A stretch of DNA of 64,000 bases, from positions 18,358 through 82,357 of the forward strand of contig JBDHAB010000006.1 in the NCBI GenBank assembly GCA_039588295.1, given 5' to 3'. Position 1 is the stretch's first letter; the number at the start of each line of letters is the position of its first letter. Made by a program: the position numbers and the translations under genes. This document shows positions 48,516 through 57,796 of this stretch, one piece after another. Source of the stretch: Gemmatimonadota bacterium (GTDB lineage Bacteria > Gemmatimonadota > Gemmatimonadetes > Gemmatimonadales > GWC2-71-9). Below the pieces are notes generated by a model, which saw nothing but the letters and a program-made list of their open reading frames with translations, was not told the DNA's origin and did not search any database.

Positions 48516-51500
48516 GTGACCCTCGAGCTCCAACGCATGAGCCTACTGCACCGCTACCGCCACCCAGGACTCACCGACACCAAGAAGGATGCCCTGCTGC
48601 AGACCGCTCGACAGCGGGTGAGCCGAAGCATCCGTGATCTCGACACCGAGGTGTGCTTCAACCTCGACGTGACGGGCGCACTCTCGGTGGAGGAGGAGCG
48701 GGCCCTCACGTGGCTGCTGGCGGAAACGTTCGAGCCAGACGGGTTCGGTGAGCAGTCATTCCTGCGAGGGGACGGTGTGGTGGTCGAGGTAGGTCCACGG
48801 ATGAACTTCACCACGGCGTGGTCCACGAACGCCGTCGCCATCTGCCATGCCTGCGGGCTCACAGCGATCCGGCGGATCGAGCGGTCGCGCCGGTTCTTGA
48901 TTCTCGCTGGCGACGACCTCGACGAAGAGAAGGTCCGGGCATTGCTGGCGCTGGTGCACGACCGGATGACCGAGTGCCGGTATCCCGAGCCGCTCGCGAC
49001 GTTCGCGACCGGTGTTGAACCGGAGCCTGTGTTTGCGGTACCGGTGTTGGAGCAGGGAAGGGGTGCGCTGGAGCGAATCAACCACGAGCTGGGGCTTGCG
49101 TTCGACGAGTGGGACCTCGATTACTACACCGATCTGTTTGCAAATCGGATTGGCCGCAATCCGACCAATGTCGAGTGCTTCGACGTGGCGCAGTCCAACA
49201 GTGAGCACTCGAGGCATTGGTTCTTCAAGGGGCGGTTGGTCATCGATGGAGCGGCGATTCCGCACCACCTGATCGCCCTCATCAAGGGCACGTTGGACGC
49301 GAATCCCAACAACAGCATCATCGCGTTCCGAGACAACTCGAGCGCCATCCGGGGTTACTCGATCTCCACGATCGTCCCTGCGGTGACGGGTCGGCCATCT
49401 CCGTTCGTCGCAACGGAGGCGCTGTATCACGCCATCTTCACGGCCGAGACCCACAACTTCCCGTCGGGGGTGGCGCCGTTCCCCGGCGCTGAGACGGGGA
49501 CGGGCGGACGCATTCGGGATGTACACGCCACCGGACGCGGCTCGTTGGTGGTGGCGGGTACCGCGGCATACTGTGTTGGCAATCTCCGCATTCCCGGCTA
49601 CGAGCTGCCGTGGGAACGCAAGGACTTCGAGTACCCCGGCAACCTCGCCTCTCCGCTCGAGATCGAAATCCAGGCGTCGAACGGCGCGTCGGACTACGGG
49701 AACAAGTTCGGCGAGCCCGTCCTCCAGGGATACACCCGTGCGTTCGGGTTACGCTTGCCCAACGGTGAGCGCCGCGAGTGGATCAAGCCGATCATGTTCA
49801 GTGGCGGTATCGGTCAGATCGATGCACGCCATGTGGAGAAGGGTGCACCCGCGCGCGGCATGCTTGTCGTCAAGCTGGGTGGTCCGGCCTATCGGATTGG
49901 CATGGGGGGTGGGGCGGCGTCGAGCATGGTCCAGGGAGAGAACGTCGCCGAGCTCGATTTCAACGCCGTGCAACGGGGTGACGCGGAGATGGAGCAGAAG
50001 GTGAACCGCGTGATTCGGGCGTGCGTCGAACTCGGAGACGATAATCCGGTCGTCAGCATTCACGACCAAGGCGCAGGTGGGAACTGTAACGTCCTCAAAG
50101 AGATCGTGAGCCCGGCCGGGGCCACGATCGAGGTGCGTGCAATCCCGCTGGGCGACGATTCCCTCTCCGTACTCGAGATCTGGGGCGCCGAGTATCAGGA
50201 GAACGACGCGCTACTCATTCATGAGGATCGAGCGACGGCATTCGGTGCCCTGTGCGAGCGGGAGAACGTACCGTTCGCCGTCGTCGGGCGGGTGACGGGT
50301 GACGGCAAGATCGTCTTGCGGGATGCAACGGATGGCTCAACTCCGGTCAACTTCGAGTTAGAGGCCGTGCTCGGCGACATGCCGCAGAAGACGTTCGTGC
50401 TCGAGCGACTGCCCGTGCGACTCGCACCCTTACGGCTCCCCACGGCGCTCACAGTGGCCGACGCCCTCGATCGTGTGCTACGGCTGCTCACGGTGGGGTC
50501 CAAGCGGTTTCTCACGACAAAGGTCGATCGGTGCGTCACCGGGCTCCAGGCCCGGCAGCAGTGCTGTGGTCCCCTTCAGCTCACCGTGGCGGACGTTGCC
50601 GTGATCGCGCAGAGCCACTTCGGAGTCACGGGTGCCGCAACGGCGATCGGGGAACAGCCGATCAAGGGACTCATCAACCCCGCGGCCATGGCACGGATGT
50701 CGGTAGGTGAAACGCTCACGAACCTCGTGTGGGCGAACGTCAGTGCGCTCGAGGATGTGAAGTGTTCGGCCAACTGGATGTGGGCAGCGAAGCTCCCCGG
50801 TGAGGGTGCCGCGCTCTACGACGCCGCTCAGTCGCTCCACGACATGCTGATTCACCTCGGCATCGCGATCGACGGAGGCAAGGACAGCCTCTCGATGGCG
50901 GCGCTCGCACCGGACGGACACGGTGGGAGTGAAACGGTCAAGGCCCCTGGGAGTCTCGTGATATCGGCGTACGCCACATGTCCCGACGTCACCAAGACGG
51001 TGACTCCGGATCTCAAGCGGCCGGACAGCGGGCGCCTCCTCTATGTGGACTTGGGCGGCGGGCACTATCGCCTCGGCGGTTCCGCGTTGGCGCAGGTCTA
51101 TGAGCAGGTAGGTGACAGGTCGCCGGACGTCGACAATCCCGCACTGCTGGAGCGAGCGTTCAATGTTGTGCAGACACTGATCGAGGATGGCGTGATTGTG
51201 GCCGGCCATGACCGGAGCGACGGTGGGCTCGTCACGACCCTACTCGAGATGGCGTTTGCCGGTGATTGCGGGATCGAGGTGGACCTCCCGGCCTCCGGGG
51301 CCACCCCCATCGGAACCATGTTTGCGGAGGAGCTGGGACTGGTGATGGAGGTGGATTCCGCCGACGAGCGGCCCGTGCTCGAGGCGTTTGATCGGGCCGA
51401 CGTCCCGTGCGTCTCCGTGGGATCCGTCGTTCGCGACAAGCACATCCGTATTCGCATCGGCCCCGAGATCGTCGTCGACGCGGATATGCGCGACCTGCGC

Positions 51501-52460
51501 GACCTCTGGGAGGCTACCAGCTTCGAGCTGGACGCGTTGCAGGCCAGTCCCAAATGCGTCGCGCAGGAGCGTGCGGGGCTGCGCGAACGCCAGGCTCCTC
51601 CGTATTCGATTCCGTTCGTGCCCACACCCACGGCACCTGCGATCATCGAGTCATCGACTAAAACCAAGGTCGCGATTATCCGCGAAGAGGGCTCGAACGG
51701 TGACCGTGAGATGGCGTCTGCGTTCTCTGCGGCCGGCCTCGAGCCATGGGACGTGATGATGTCCGACTTGCTGCGGGGACGGATCGACCTCGAACGGTTC
51801 CGCGGTGCGGTGTTCGTCGGTGGGTTCAGTTTCGCAGATGTCATGGACTCGGCGAAGGGGTGGGCGGGCGTCATTCGCTTCAATCGGGTTCTCTGGCACC
51901 AGTTCCAGGACTTCTACCAGCGGCCCGATACGTTCAGTCTCGGCGTGTGCAACGGCTGCCAGCTCATGGCACTCCTTGGCTGGGTACCGTGGCAGGGGCT
52001 CGATGACGCGCGCCAGCCACGATTCATTCAGAACGCTTCAGGTCGCTTCGAGTCACGGTTTGCGACCGTTGCCATTCAGGAGAGTCCTGCCGTCATGCTC
52101 AAGGGGATGGCGGGTGCCACCCTCGGTGTCTGGGTGGCCCACGGCGAAGGTCGTGCCTATTTCCCGGACACCGAAATTCTCCGCCGCATCGATGTAGAGC
52201 GTCTCGCCCCCGTGCGCTTCGTCGACGACGCCGGACAGGTCACCGAGGCCTATCCCTTCAATCCGAACGGCTCTCCGCTGGGCATCACTGGCCTCTGTTC
52301 ACCGGACGGCCGCCACCTCGTCATGATGCCCCATCCGGAGCGGACATTCCTCAAGTGGCAGTGGGGTTGGATGCCCGAGGCGTGGAAGCGCGATCTCGAG
52401 GCCGCCCCGTGGCTTCAGATGTTCCAGAATGCCCGGGAGTGGTGCGAGGGACGTCAGTAG
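48516..52460 (+). CDS. purL: Phosphoribosylformylglycinamidine synthase, large single-chain form
   Basis: 1314 aa; FGAM-synthase AIR-synthase-like repeats (ETHNFPSGVAPFPGAETGTGGRIRD) and C-terminal glutaminase domain with catalytic GVCNGCQLM. Confidence 0.9.
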   Translation: MTLELQRMSLLHRYRHPGLTDTKKDALLQTARQRVSRSIRDLDTEVCFNLDVTGALSVEEERALTWLLAETFEPDGFGEQSFLRGDGVVVEVGPRMNFTTAWSTNAVAICHACGLTAIRRIERSRRFLILAGDDLDEEKVRALLALVHDRMTECRYPEPLATFATGVEPEPVFAVPVLEQGRGALERINHELGLAFDEWDLDYYTDLFANRIGRNPTNVECFDVAQSNSEHSRHWFFKGRLVIDGAAIPHHLIALIKGTLDANPNNSIIAFRDNSSAIRGYSISTIVPAVTGRPSPFVATEALYHAIFTAETHNFPSGVAPFPGAETGTGGRIRDVHATGRGSLVVAGTAAYCVGNLRIPGYELPWERKDFEYPGNLASPLEIEIQASNGASDYGNKFGEPVLQGYTRAFGLRLPNGERREWIKPIMFSGGIGQIDARHVEKGAPARGMLVVKLGGPAYRIGMGGGAASSMVQGENVAELDFNAVQRGDAEMEQKVNRVIRACVELGDDNPVVSIHDQGAGGNCNVLKEIVSPAGATIEVRAIPLGDDSLSVLEIWGAEYQENDALLIHEDRATAFGALCERENVPFAVVGRVTGDGKIVLRDATDGSTPVNFELEAVLGDMPQKTFVLERLPVRLAPLRLPTALTVADALDRVLRLLTVGSKRFLTTKVDRCVTGLQARQQCCGPLQLTVADVAVIAQSHFGVTGAATAIGEQPIKGLINPAAMARMSVGETLTNLVWANVSALEDVKCSANWMWAAKLPGEGAALYDAAQSLHDMLIHLGIAIDGGKDSLSMAALAPDGHGGSETVKAPGSLVISAYATCPDVTKTVTPDLKRPDSGRLLYVDLGGGHYRLGGSALAQVYEQVGDRSPDVDNPALLERAFNVVQTLIEDGVIVAGHDRSDGGLVTTLLEMAFAGDCGIEVDLPASGATPIGTMFAEELGLVMEVDSADERPVLEAFDRADVPCVSVGSVVRDKHIRIRIGPEIVVDADMRDLRDLWEATSFELDALQASPKCVAQERAGLRERQAPPYSIPFVPTPTAPAIIESSTKTKVAIIREEGSNGDREMASAFSAAGLEPWDVMMSDLLRGRIDLERFRGAVFVGGFSFADVMDSAKGWAGVIRFNRVLWHQFQDFYQRPDTFSLGVCNGCQLMALLGWVPWQGLDDARQPRFIQNASGRFESRFATVAIQESPAVMLKGMAGATLGVWVAHGEGRAYFPDTEILRRIDVERLAPVRFVDDAGQVTEAYPFNPNGSPLGITGLCSPDGRHLVMMPHPERTFLKWQWGWMPEAWKRDLEAAPWLQMFQNAREWCEGRQ

Positions 52461-52600
52461 TCGACCGGCCACGCACAAACGCTTGCCCTGGTTACAGATC
52501 CATCCAACGGAACGGCCGTTGCGGCGAGCGGGATTCCGATCCAATTTATCGTACTTCCCGCGAGCGGATTGGAGCGGGTCACTCATTCTCCGGCAGGCCT

Positions 52601-52801
52601 ATGGACGAGCCAACCCCCTTGATGGGCAGGGTGGTAGGGGGTGAGCGTGTCGCCCGGTGCCAGGCGGCCCTGTTGCGCCTGAGCACCGCGATCGCGGCAG
52701 CGCCACACGAAGACATCTGTCACAGCCAGTCTCCGGCGGATCTGGTCGAAGAAATCCGCGGTCTCGTTGCCGCCGCGACTGCGCGGGAGTCCGCGTCGTG
52801 A
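52601..52801 (+). CDS. Short upstream ORF whose product mimics the N-terminus of the downstream histidine kinase
   Basis: [22 protein letters not shown] versus HK N-terminus [22 protein letters not shown]; its TGA overlaps the HK GTG start (GTGA). Confidence 0.25.
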   Translation: MDEPTPLMGRVVGGERVARCQAALLRLSTAIAAAPHEDICHSQSPADLVEEIRGLVAAATARESAS

Positions 52802-55449
52802 CCGGGAATCGCTCCGGGGCTCCCGTGAACGGCGACGTGGAGCGCCGTGCGCTTCAGCGACGGCAAGCGGCGCTGCTGCGTCTCTCGACGGCCATCGTCG
52901 CGGCGCATGACGAGGCGGAAGTGTATCGCTCGATGGTCCAGGGCCTCCAGGATGAAGCGCTGGGATACAACTTCCTTGGCGTCTTCATCATCGAACCCGC
53001 CACGGGCGACCGGCTGCTCCAAGCCAGTGTCGGCTGGCCGGACGGTCCGCACCATATGCGCGTGCGGCATGGCGAGGGACTCAGTCAACGCGCCATCGAC
53101 GACGGGCAGGTGCACTACACGCCAGACGTGACGCGAGAGGCCGGGTACCTTCCCAGCCTCGCCAGCGGCTCCGAGGTCGACGTCCCGTTGCGGGTCGATG
53201 GGCAAACTATCGGGGTCCTGGTGGTCGAGAGCAACGAGCCCAACGCGTTTGGCGAGGAAGACTTCGAGATCCTGACGGCCGCGGCAAACCAGGCGAGCAT
53301 CGCGATCGGCCGGGCTCGGCTCCTCAGCGCCGAACGGCGGAGGGCTGACGAGCACGAGGCGCTGCTGGATACCATGCGGGACCTCGCCGGGGAGCTCGAG
53401 CTTCCGAAGGTCCTCCAGGCCGTGCTGGAGCGCGCGGTGACGCTGCTCGGCGTGACGGGAGGTGAGGTGGCGATCTACGACGACGACCGAAAAGAACTCG
53501 TTGTCGTGGCGAGCGAACACATCGGCAAGGACTCGACCGGAACGCGATTGGCGCTAGGAGAGGGCGCCATGGGGGCCGTGGCTGAGTCCTTGGAGCCGCT
53601 CATCATTCCGTCGTATCACGAGTGGATGGGTCAGTCGGTGCAGTACGCCGACGTTATGGTGCACTCGGTGATGGCCGCACCACTCCTCATCGGACGGCGG
53701 CTTGTAGGAGCGATTGCCACGGTCCATTCCGATCCAGATCGGGTGTTTGGAGCCGAGGACCTGCGGCTGCTCAATCAGTTCGCGCCCCAGGCCGCGATTG
53801 CCATCGAAAACGCTCGGCTGTTTGCGGCCGAGCGCAAGCGGGCCGAAGAGCAGAAAGCACTGCTGGACACCATGCAGGATCTCGCGGGGGAACTCGAGCT
53901 CTCCAAGGTCTTGCAGGCGGTGCTGGCGCGCGCCGTCACACTGCTCGGCGTGACCGGCGGTGAGGTTGCCATCTACGACGAGGCCACCCAACAGCTGGAG
54001 GTCGTCGCGAGCGAGCAGATCGGTAAGGATTCAACGGGGACCCGGCTCAGGCTGGGTGAGGGAGCCATGGGGGCGGTAGCCGAATCGCTGGAGCCCCTGA
54101 TCATCCCGTCGTATCACGAGTGGTTGGGGCAATCGGCGCAATACGCCGACGTCACGGTCCATTCGGTGATGGCGGCGCCGCTCCTCATTGGGCGTCGCCT
54201 GGTTGGGGCGATCGCGACGGTCCATTCCGATCCCACACGGGTGTTTGGGCCGGAAGACCTGCGATTGTTGCACGTGTTTGCGCCCCAGGCCGGCATCGCG
54301 ATTGAAAACGCGCGATTATACATGGCGGCGCAGCAGCAGAAGCAGTACTTCGAAACGCTGGTGTCGAACAGCCCGGTGGCAATCGTCACGCTGGACCGCG
54401 ACCACAATATCGTGTCCTGCAATCCGGCGTTCGAGACGCTGTTCGGCTACCTGAAGTCCGAGGCGGTTGGCCGCAAACTCGATGAGCTCATCACGACGGA
54501 GTCAACGAAGTCTGAAGCCGTGGCATACACGCGTGAAGCACTCGACCACGCCGTGCATGGCATTGGACGGAGGCGACGTAAGGATCGTTCGCTGGTGGAT
54601 GTGGAGGTCTTGGGTGTTCCGGTGATCGTCGACGGCAAGCGTGTCGGGCTCATGGGGCTCTACCACGACATCAGCGAACTGTCACGTGCCCGTCGCGATG
54701 CAGAAGCGGCGAGTCACGCCAAGAGCCAGTTTCTCGCGAGCATGAGCCACGAGCTCCGCACACCGCTCAACGCGATTATCGGGTATTCCGAGATGCTGCA
54801 GGAAGAGGTCGAGGAAATGGGCCACAAGGAGCTTGGATTCGACCTGCAGAAGATCCACACGGCCGGAAGACATCTCCTTTCCCTCATCAACAATGTGCTC
54901 GACCTCTCGAAGATCGAGGCGGGTAAGATGGATCTCTTCTTGGAAACCTTCGACATCGGCGACATGCTGAACGATGTCGTGACGACGGTCCGGCCGCTGG
55001 TGGACAAGAACCGGAATGAGCTCACGGTTCGCGGCGGGGACGATCTGGGAAGCATGCATGCCGATCTCACAAAGGTCCGTCAGATGCTCCTCAACTTGTT
55101 GTCCAACGCCTGCAAGTTCACCGAAGAGGGAACGATCTTACTGGCGGTCGAGCGAGAACGATCGGCAACCGCCGACGAAGGCATGATGCTCTTCGAGGTG
55201 GCCGATGACGGAATTGGCATGACGCCAGCGCAGATGGACAAGCTCTTCGAGGCGTTTTCTCAGGCTGAGGCGTCCACGACGAGCAAGTACGGCGGCTCGG
55301 GTCTTGGACTGGCGATCACCAGGCGGTTCTGTCACATGATGGGTGGCGATGTCCAGGTGGCGAGCACTCCCGGGCGAGGATCGACGTTCTCCATCAGGTT
55401 GCCGGTGCGGGTCGATGTGTCCGCGGCGGCAGCGGCATTACCGGAGTAA
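52798..55449 (+). CDS. Sensor histidine kinase with three GAF domains, a PAS domain, HisKA and HATPase_c
   Basis: Three repeats of the ...LLDTM(R/Q)[32 protein letters not shown]... GAF core; PAS ([28 protein letters not shown]); H-box [18 protein letters not shown]; G1/G2 boxes ([15 protein letters not shown]). Confidence 0.8.
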   Translation: MTGNRSGAPVNGDVERRALQRRQAALLRLSTAIVAAHDEAEVYRSMVQGLQDEALGYNFLGVFIIEPATGDRLLQASVGWPDGPHHMRVRHGEGLSQRAIDDGQVHYTPDVTREAGYLPSLASGSEVDVPLRVDGQTIGVLVVESNEPNAFGEEDFEILTAAANQASIAIGRARLLSAERRRADEHEALLDTMRDLAGELELPKVLQAVLERAVTLLGVTGGEVAIYDDDRKELVVVASEHIGKDSTGTRLALGEGAMGAVAESLEPLIIPSYHEWMGQSVQYADVMVHSVMAAPLLIGRRLVGAIATVHSDPDRVFGAEDLRLLNQFAPQAAIAIENARLFAAERKRAEEQKALLDTMQDLAGELELSKVLQAVLARAVTLLGVTGGEVAIYDEATQQLEVVASEQIGKDSTGTRLRLGEGAMGAVAESLEPLIIPSYHEWLGQSAQYADVTVHSVMAAPLLIGRRLVGAIATVHSDPTRVFGPEDLRLLHVFAPQAGIAIENARLYMAAQQQKQYFETLVSNSPVAIVTLDRDHNIVSCNPAFETLFGYLKSEAVGRKLDELITTESTKSEAVAYTREALDHAVHGIGRRRRKDRSLVDVEVLGVPVIVDGKRVGLMGLYHDISELSRARRDAEAASHAKSQFLASMSHELRTPLNAIIGYSEMLQEEVEEMGHKELGFDLQKIHTAGRHLLSLINNVLDLSKIEAGKMDLFLETFDIGDMLNDVVTTVRPLVDKNRNELTVRGGDDLGSMHADLTKVRQMLLNLLSNACKFTEEGTILLAVERERSATADEGMMLFEVADDGIGMTPAQMDKLFEAFSQAEASTTSKYGGSGLGLAITRRFCHMMGGDVQVASTPGRGSTFSIRLPVRVDVSAAAAALPE

Positions 55450-55466
55450 CCACGGAGGCCGGATCG

Positions 55467-55838
55467 ATGGCGCGCATCCTGTTGGTCGAGGACAACGAGA
55501 TGAACCGCGACATGCTGTCGCGGCGGCTCACCCGCAGAGGCTATGATGTCACCATGGCCGTTGATGGACGTCAGGGCGTTGAGATGGCGCGAAGTGGGGC
55601 GTATGACCTGATTCTCATGGACATGAGCCTTCCGGAGATCGACGGTTGGGAGGCGACACGACGGCTCAGAGCAGCACCCGAGACACAGACTGTTCCCATC
55701 ATCGCTCTGACCGCGCACGCCATGGCCGGCGATCGTGAGAAGGCCATTGAGGCGGGCTGTGACGATTACGATACCAAGCCCATTGAGCTCAAACGGCTGC
55801 TCTTGAAAATCGAGGCCCTGCTCCCGAGAGACGCGTGA
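55467..55838 (+). CDS. Stand-alone response-regulator receiver domain (CheY-like)
   Basis: ILLVEDNEMNRD, DLILMDMSLPEIDG, TAHAM, CDDYDTKP receiver motifs. Confidence 0.85.
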   Translation: MARILLVEDNEMNRDMLSRRLTRRGYDVTMAVDGRQGVEMARSGAYDLILMDMSLPEIDGWEATRRLRAAPETQTVPIIALTAHAMAGDREKAIEAGCDDYDTKPIELKRLLLKIEALLPRDA

Positions 55839-57766
55839 CCGATTTGCGACCGCAGACGATCTCGGATCTCCGGCACGATCTCCGGACGCCCGTGAATCAC
55901 ATCGTGGGCTATGCCGAGATGCTCCTTGAAGATGCCGTCGAGGCGAAGCAGGTGGAACGCCGCCAGGCGCTCGAAGTGGCAATTGGTGCGGCACAGGACG
56001 TGCTGAGCCTCATCAACACGGCGCTTCCGCCATCGCGTGACGAGATTCCGCCGCAGGACATCGTCGGCCTGTACGACTCCCTCCGCGAGCCGCAGGGCCG
56101 TATCCTCGCGTCGATGCAGCATCTTCTCGCGCAAGTGGGGACCGCGGACGACGGTCTTCGCAAGGACATCGCACGGATCATTGCTGCCGCCGAACGCATG
56201 GTCGAGCGCGGCGCGCCCGGTTCGGCAGTGTCCGAGACCGCGCAACCGCACGCGACCCAACCCCAGGAGCCGCCTCCACGGGTTGAGGCGGCAGATTCCA
56301 CGAGCAGTGCGCGTGTGCTCGTTGTAGACGATGTCGACGACAACCGCGAGGTGCTGCGCCGTCGCCTCGAGCGTCAGGGCTACGGAGTCGATTCGGCTGC
56401 GAATGGACGCGAAGCACTCGAGATGGTGGCGGCAGGTGACTATGATCTGATCCTCCTCGACGTACTCATGCCCGAGATCGATGGCTATGGAGTTCTCGGA
56501 TCCCTCAAGGACACTCCAGGAACGCGTGACATACCGGTCATCATGATCTCCGCGCTCGACGATGTGGCGAGTGTCGTGCGGTGTATCGAGCGGGGCGCCG
56601 AGGACTATCTGCCGAAACCGTTCGATCCCGTGTTGCTCCGAGCGCGCATCAGTGCCTGCCTCGAGAAGAAGCGGCTGCGTGATCAGGAGGTGGAATACCT
56701 AGAGCGCGTCCAGCAGGTGATCGAAGCCGCCTCCGCGGTGGAGGCCGGGGAGTATCAGCTCGGCACCTTGGGTGACCTCGCCAACCGTGCGGATGCGTTG
56801 GGGAGGCTCGCGCGCGTGTTCGACGGCATGGCCGTGGAGGTCCGTGCTCGCGAGGAACGGCTCCAAGAGCGTGTGCACGACCTGCGCAGGGAAATCGAGG
56901 CGGCGCGAGTGACGGCCCCCAACGGCCATTCCGTCGATGGGGGGAATCTCAAGACCGGACAGCAGTTCGCTGGAAGGTATGAGATCCTTGCGGTACTGGG
57001 GTCTGGTGGGATGGGGTCCGTCTACCATGCACGCGATGTGGAACTCGGGGACGAGGTCGCTGTCAAGACGCTCCGGCCGGAACTGGTCACCGATGAAACC
57101 CTGATCGAGCGCTTCAAGCTGGAAATCAGGCTCGCCCGCAAGCTGTCGCACCGCAACGTCGTGCGGACGCACGACCTCGGCCAGTGGGCGGGCGTGTACT
57201 ACCTGACGATGGAGCTCGTCGAGGGCATTACCGTCCGGCATCTCATTGACACGCGGGGGCAGCTGGGGGTCTCCGCCTCTCTCGCGATCGGGGCTCAACT
57301 CGCTGAGGCGCTCCAGGTCGCCCACGAGCAAGGTGTGATCCACCGCGACATCAAGCCGCAGAACCTCCTGCTGGACGCCGACGCGGTGCTCAAGGTGATG
57401 GACTTTGGCATCGCGCAGCTGGCCGAACGTACGAGCTCGATTACGGAAACCGGACTCACGGTGGGGACACCGGCGTACATGCCGCCGGAACAGCTGCTTG
57501 CCGAAGGAGTGGACGGGCGGAGCGACCTCTATGCTGCCGGGGTCGTGCTGTACGAATGTCTGACCGGGACGATTCCGTTCGAAGCACCATCGCCGATCGC
57601 ACTCATCGCAAAGGTCTTGAACCAGGAACCCGCGCCACCGGCCGCGCGCAACCCGGATGTGCCGCCGGCGCTCTCGGCTCTCGTGCAGCAGCTTCTCGCA
57701 AAGAAGCCGCAGGACCGGATCCAGTCGGCCGCCGAGCTCGCCTCGCGACTACACGAACTGCACTAG
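55835..57766 (+). CDS. Fusion protein: HisKA-type phosphoacceptor domain (no ATPase domain), receiver domain and Ser/Thr protein kinase
   Basis: ISDLRHDLRTPVNHIVGYAEML (H-box); VLVVDDVDDNREV...DLILLDVLMPEIDG...KP receiver; Hanks kinase GSGGMGSVYHA, VAVK, HRDIKPQNLLL, DFGIAQ, TPAYMPPE. GTGA overlap with the upstream REC gene. Confidence 0.8.
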   Translation: MTDLRPQTISDLRHDLRTPVNHIVGYAEMLLEDAVEAKQVERRQALEVAIGAAQDVLSLINTALPPSRDEIPPQDIVGLYDSLREPQGRILASMQHLLAQVGTADDGLRKDIARIIAAAERMVERGAPGSAVSETAQPHATQPQEPPPRVEAADSTSSARVLVVDDVDDNREVLRRRLERQGYGVDSAANGREALEMVAAGDYDLILLDVLMPEIDGYGVLGSLKDTPGTRDIPVIMISALDDVASVVRCIERGAEDYLPKPFDPVLLRARISACLEKKRLRDQEVEYLERVQQVIEAASAVEAGEYQLGTLGDLANRADALGRLARVFDGMAVEVRAREERLQERVHDLRREIEAARVTAPNGHSVDGGNLKTGQQFAGRYEILAVLGSGGMGSVYHARDVELGDEVAVKTLRPELVTDETLIERFKLEIRLARKLSHRNVVRTHDLGQWAGVYYLTMELVEGITVRHLIDTRGQLGVSASLAIGAQLAEALQVAHEQGVIHRDIKPQNLLLDADAVLKVMDFGIAQLAERTSSITETGLTVGTPAYMPPEQLLAEGVDGRSDLYAAGVVLYECLTGTIPFEAPSPIALIAKVLNQEPAPPAARNPDVPPALSALVQQLLAKKPQDRIQSAAELASRLHELH

Positions 57767-57796
57767 GCTGCGTCCGAACTCGGAGTTCGCCGGCGG

